From Octopus sinensis (Eukaryota): 64,000 nucleotides of DNA. This document shows positions 63,369-64,000 of this stretch, piece after piece. The stretch spans positions 32,798,001 through 32,862,000 of the forward strand of contig NC_042997.1 of assembly GCF_006345805.1 (NCBI RefSeq), in the 5' to 3' direction. Position 1 is the stretch's first letter. The number at the start of each line of letters is the position of its first letter. The position numbers were made by a program, and so were the translations under genes. The notes beneath the pieces were generated by a model, which had not been told where the DNA came from, did no database searches, and worked only from the letters and a program-made list of their open reading frames with translations.

Positions 63369-63530
63369 TACGACAGGCTTCTTTCAGTTTCCGTCTACCA
63401 AATCCACTCACAAGGCATTGGTCAGCCCAGGGGATATAGCAGAAGACACTTGCCCAAGATGCCACGCAGTGGGACTGAACCCGGAACCATGTGGTTGGTT
63501 AGCAAGCTACTTACCACACAGTCACTCCGT
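63073..63530 (-). mobile_element. SINE S1 with an inserted (GAT)n retro-tail fragment
   Basis: Inverted copy interrupted at about 63277..63330. Confidence 0.85.
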
Positions 63531-63724
63531 TGATTATATATGATTGTCATCTTCAGGTAACATATCCAACCCCTCCCCCACCATTCTTATCACCATCCCC
63601 ATCCTCTCTCGTAGCAGAACTTGTAATACAGGATTTCCATCAGATCTGTTCACATCAGATACACTCCCACCATCACCTTCTGTACTGCTAGCATTCACCC
63701 CCTTTCTCTCAAGACACTCATGAT

Positions 63725-63760
<36 letters not shown>

Positions 63761-64000
63761 ACTACCAAAGGTGTAGCTGCCAATTACTGTCTCCCCCTAT
63801 TAACCCCTGTCATTACTGTCTCTTCCTTTATTCCTTCCAGCACTGTTTTGTTTCTTCTATTTCTCCTCCTCTATCACCTTCTCGCCTTAATTCTATTTTC
63901 TTGTGTCATACTTTTCTTGCTTCTTTCACTGACTCAGCTTAAGTCTCGTCTCTTATACTACACAAGATACAGCTCCTATTCAGTTTTCCTCGGTTTATTT

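Noticed and set aside
63534-63758. ORF ECLERKGVNASSTEGDGG as an exon or gene
   Set aside because: No recognisable family, starts in a (GT)n tract, and has no splice context linking it to the gene
53305-64000. First (ATG/signal peptide) exon of prosaposin
   Set aside because: No convincing ATG-hydrophobic stretch with a phase-1 donor found by eye; probably beyond the right edge

Overview
AT-rich, repeat-dense animal genomic DNA. The SINE/LINE repertoire and microsatellite load suggest an octopus-like coleoid cephalopod (inference). The window is dominated by one large minus-strand gene, a prosaposin (PSAP-like). I assembled it by eye from 24 GT-AG exons (plus one candidate microexon) between 53304 and 246, about 785 codons in frame. 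It encodes an N-terminal saposin A-type domain, seven six-cysteine saposin B-type domains (the seventh runs off the left edge) and a two-cysteine half-domain. The signal-peptide exon was not found and the 3' end lies outside the window. Introns are filled with tRNA-headed SINEs, RTE and CR1 LINE fragments, decayed Tc1/mariner, Gypsy and Helitron elements, and TTAA- and TA-flanked MITEs. The most interesting observations are a saposin-B-like domain triplication, the relic half-saposin, a dual-donor/microexon switch, a locally templated 95-bp insertion, a 200-bp-arm foldback transposon and a satellite expanding inside a Helitron. No prokaryotic-type system (CRISPR etc.) is present.
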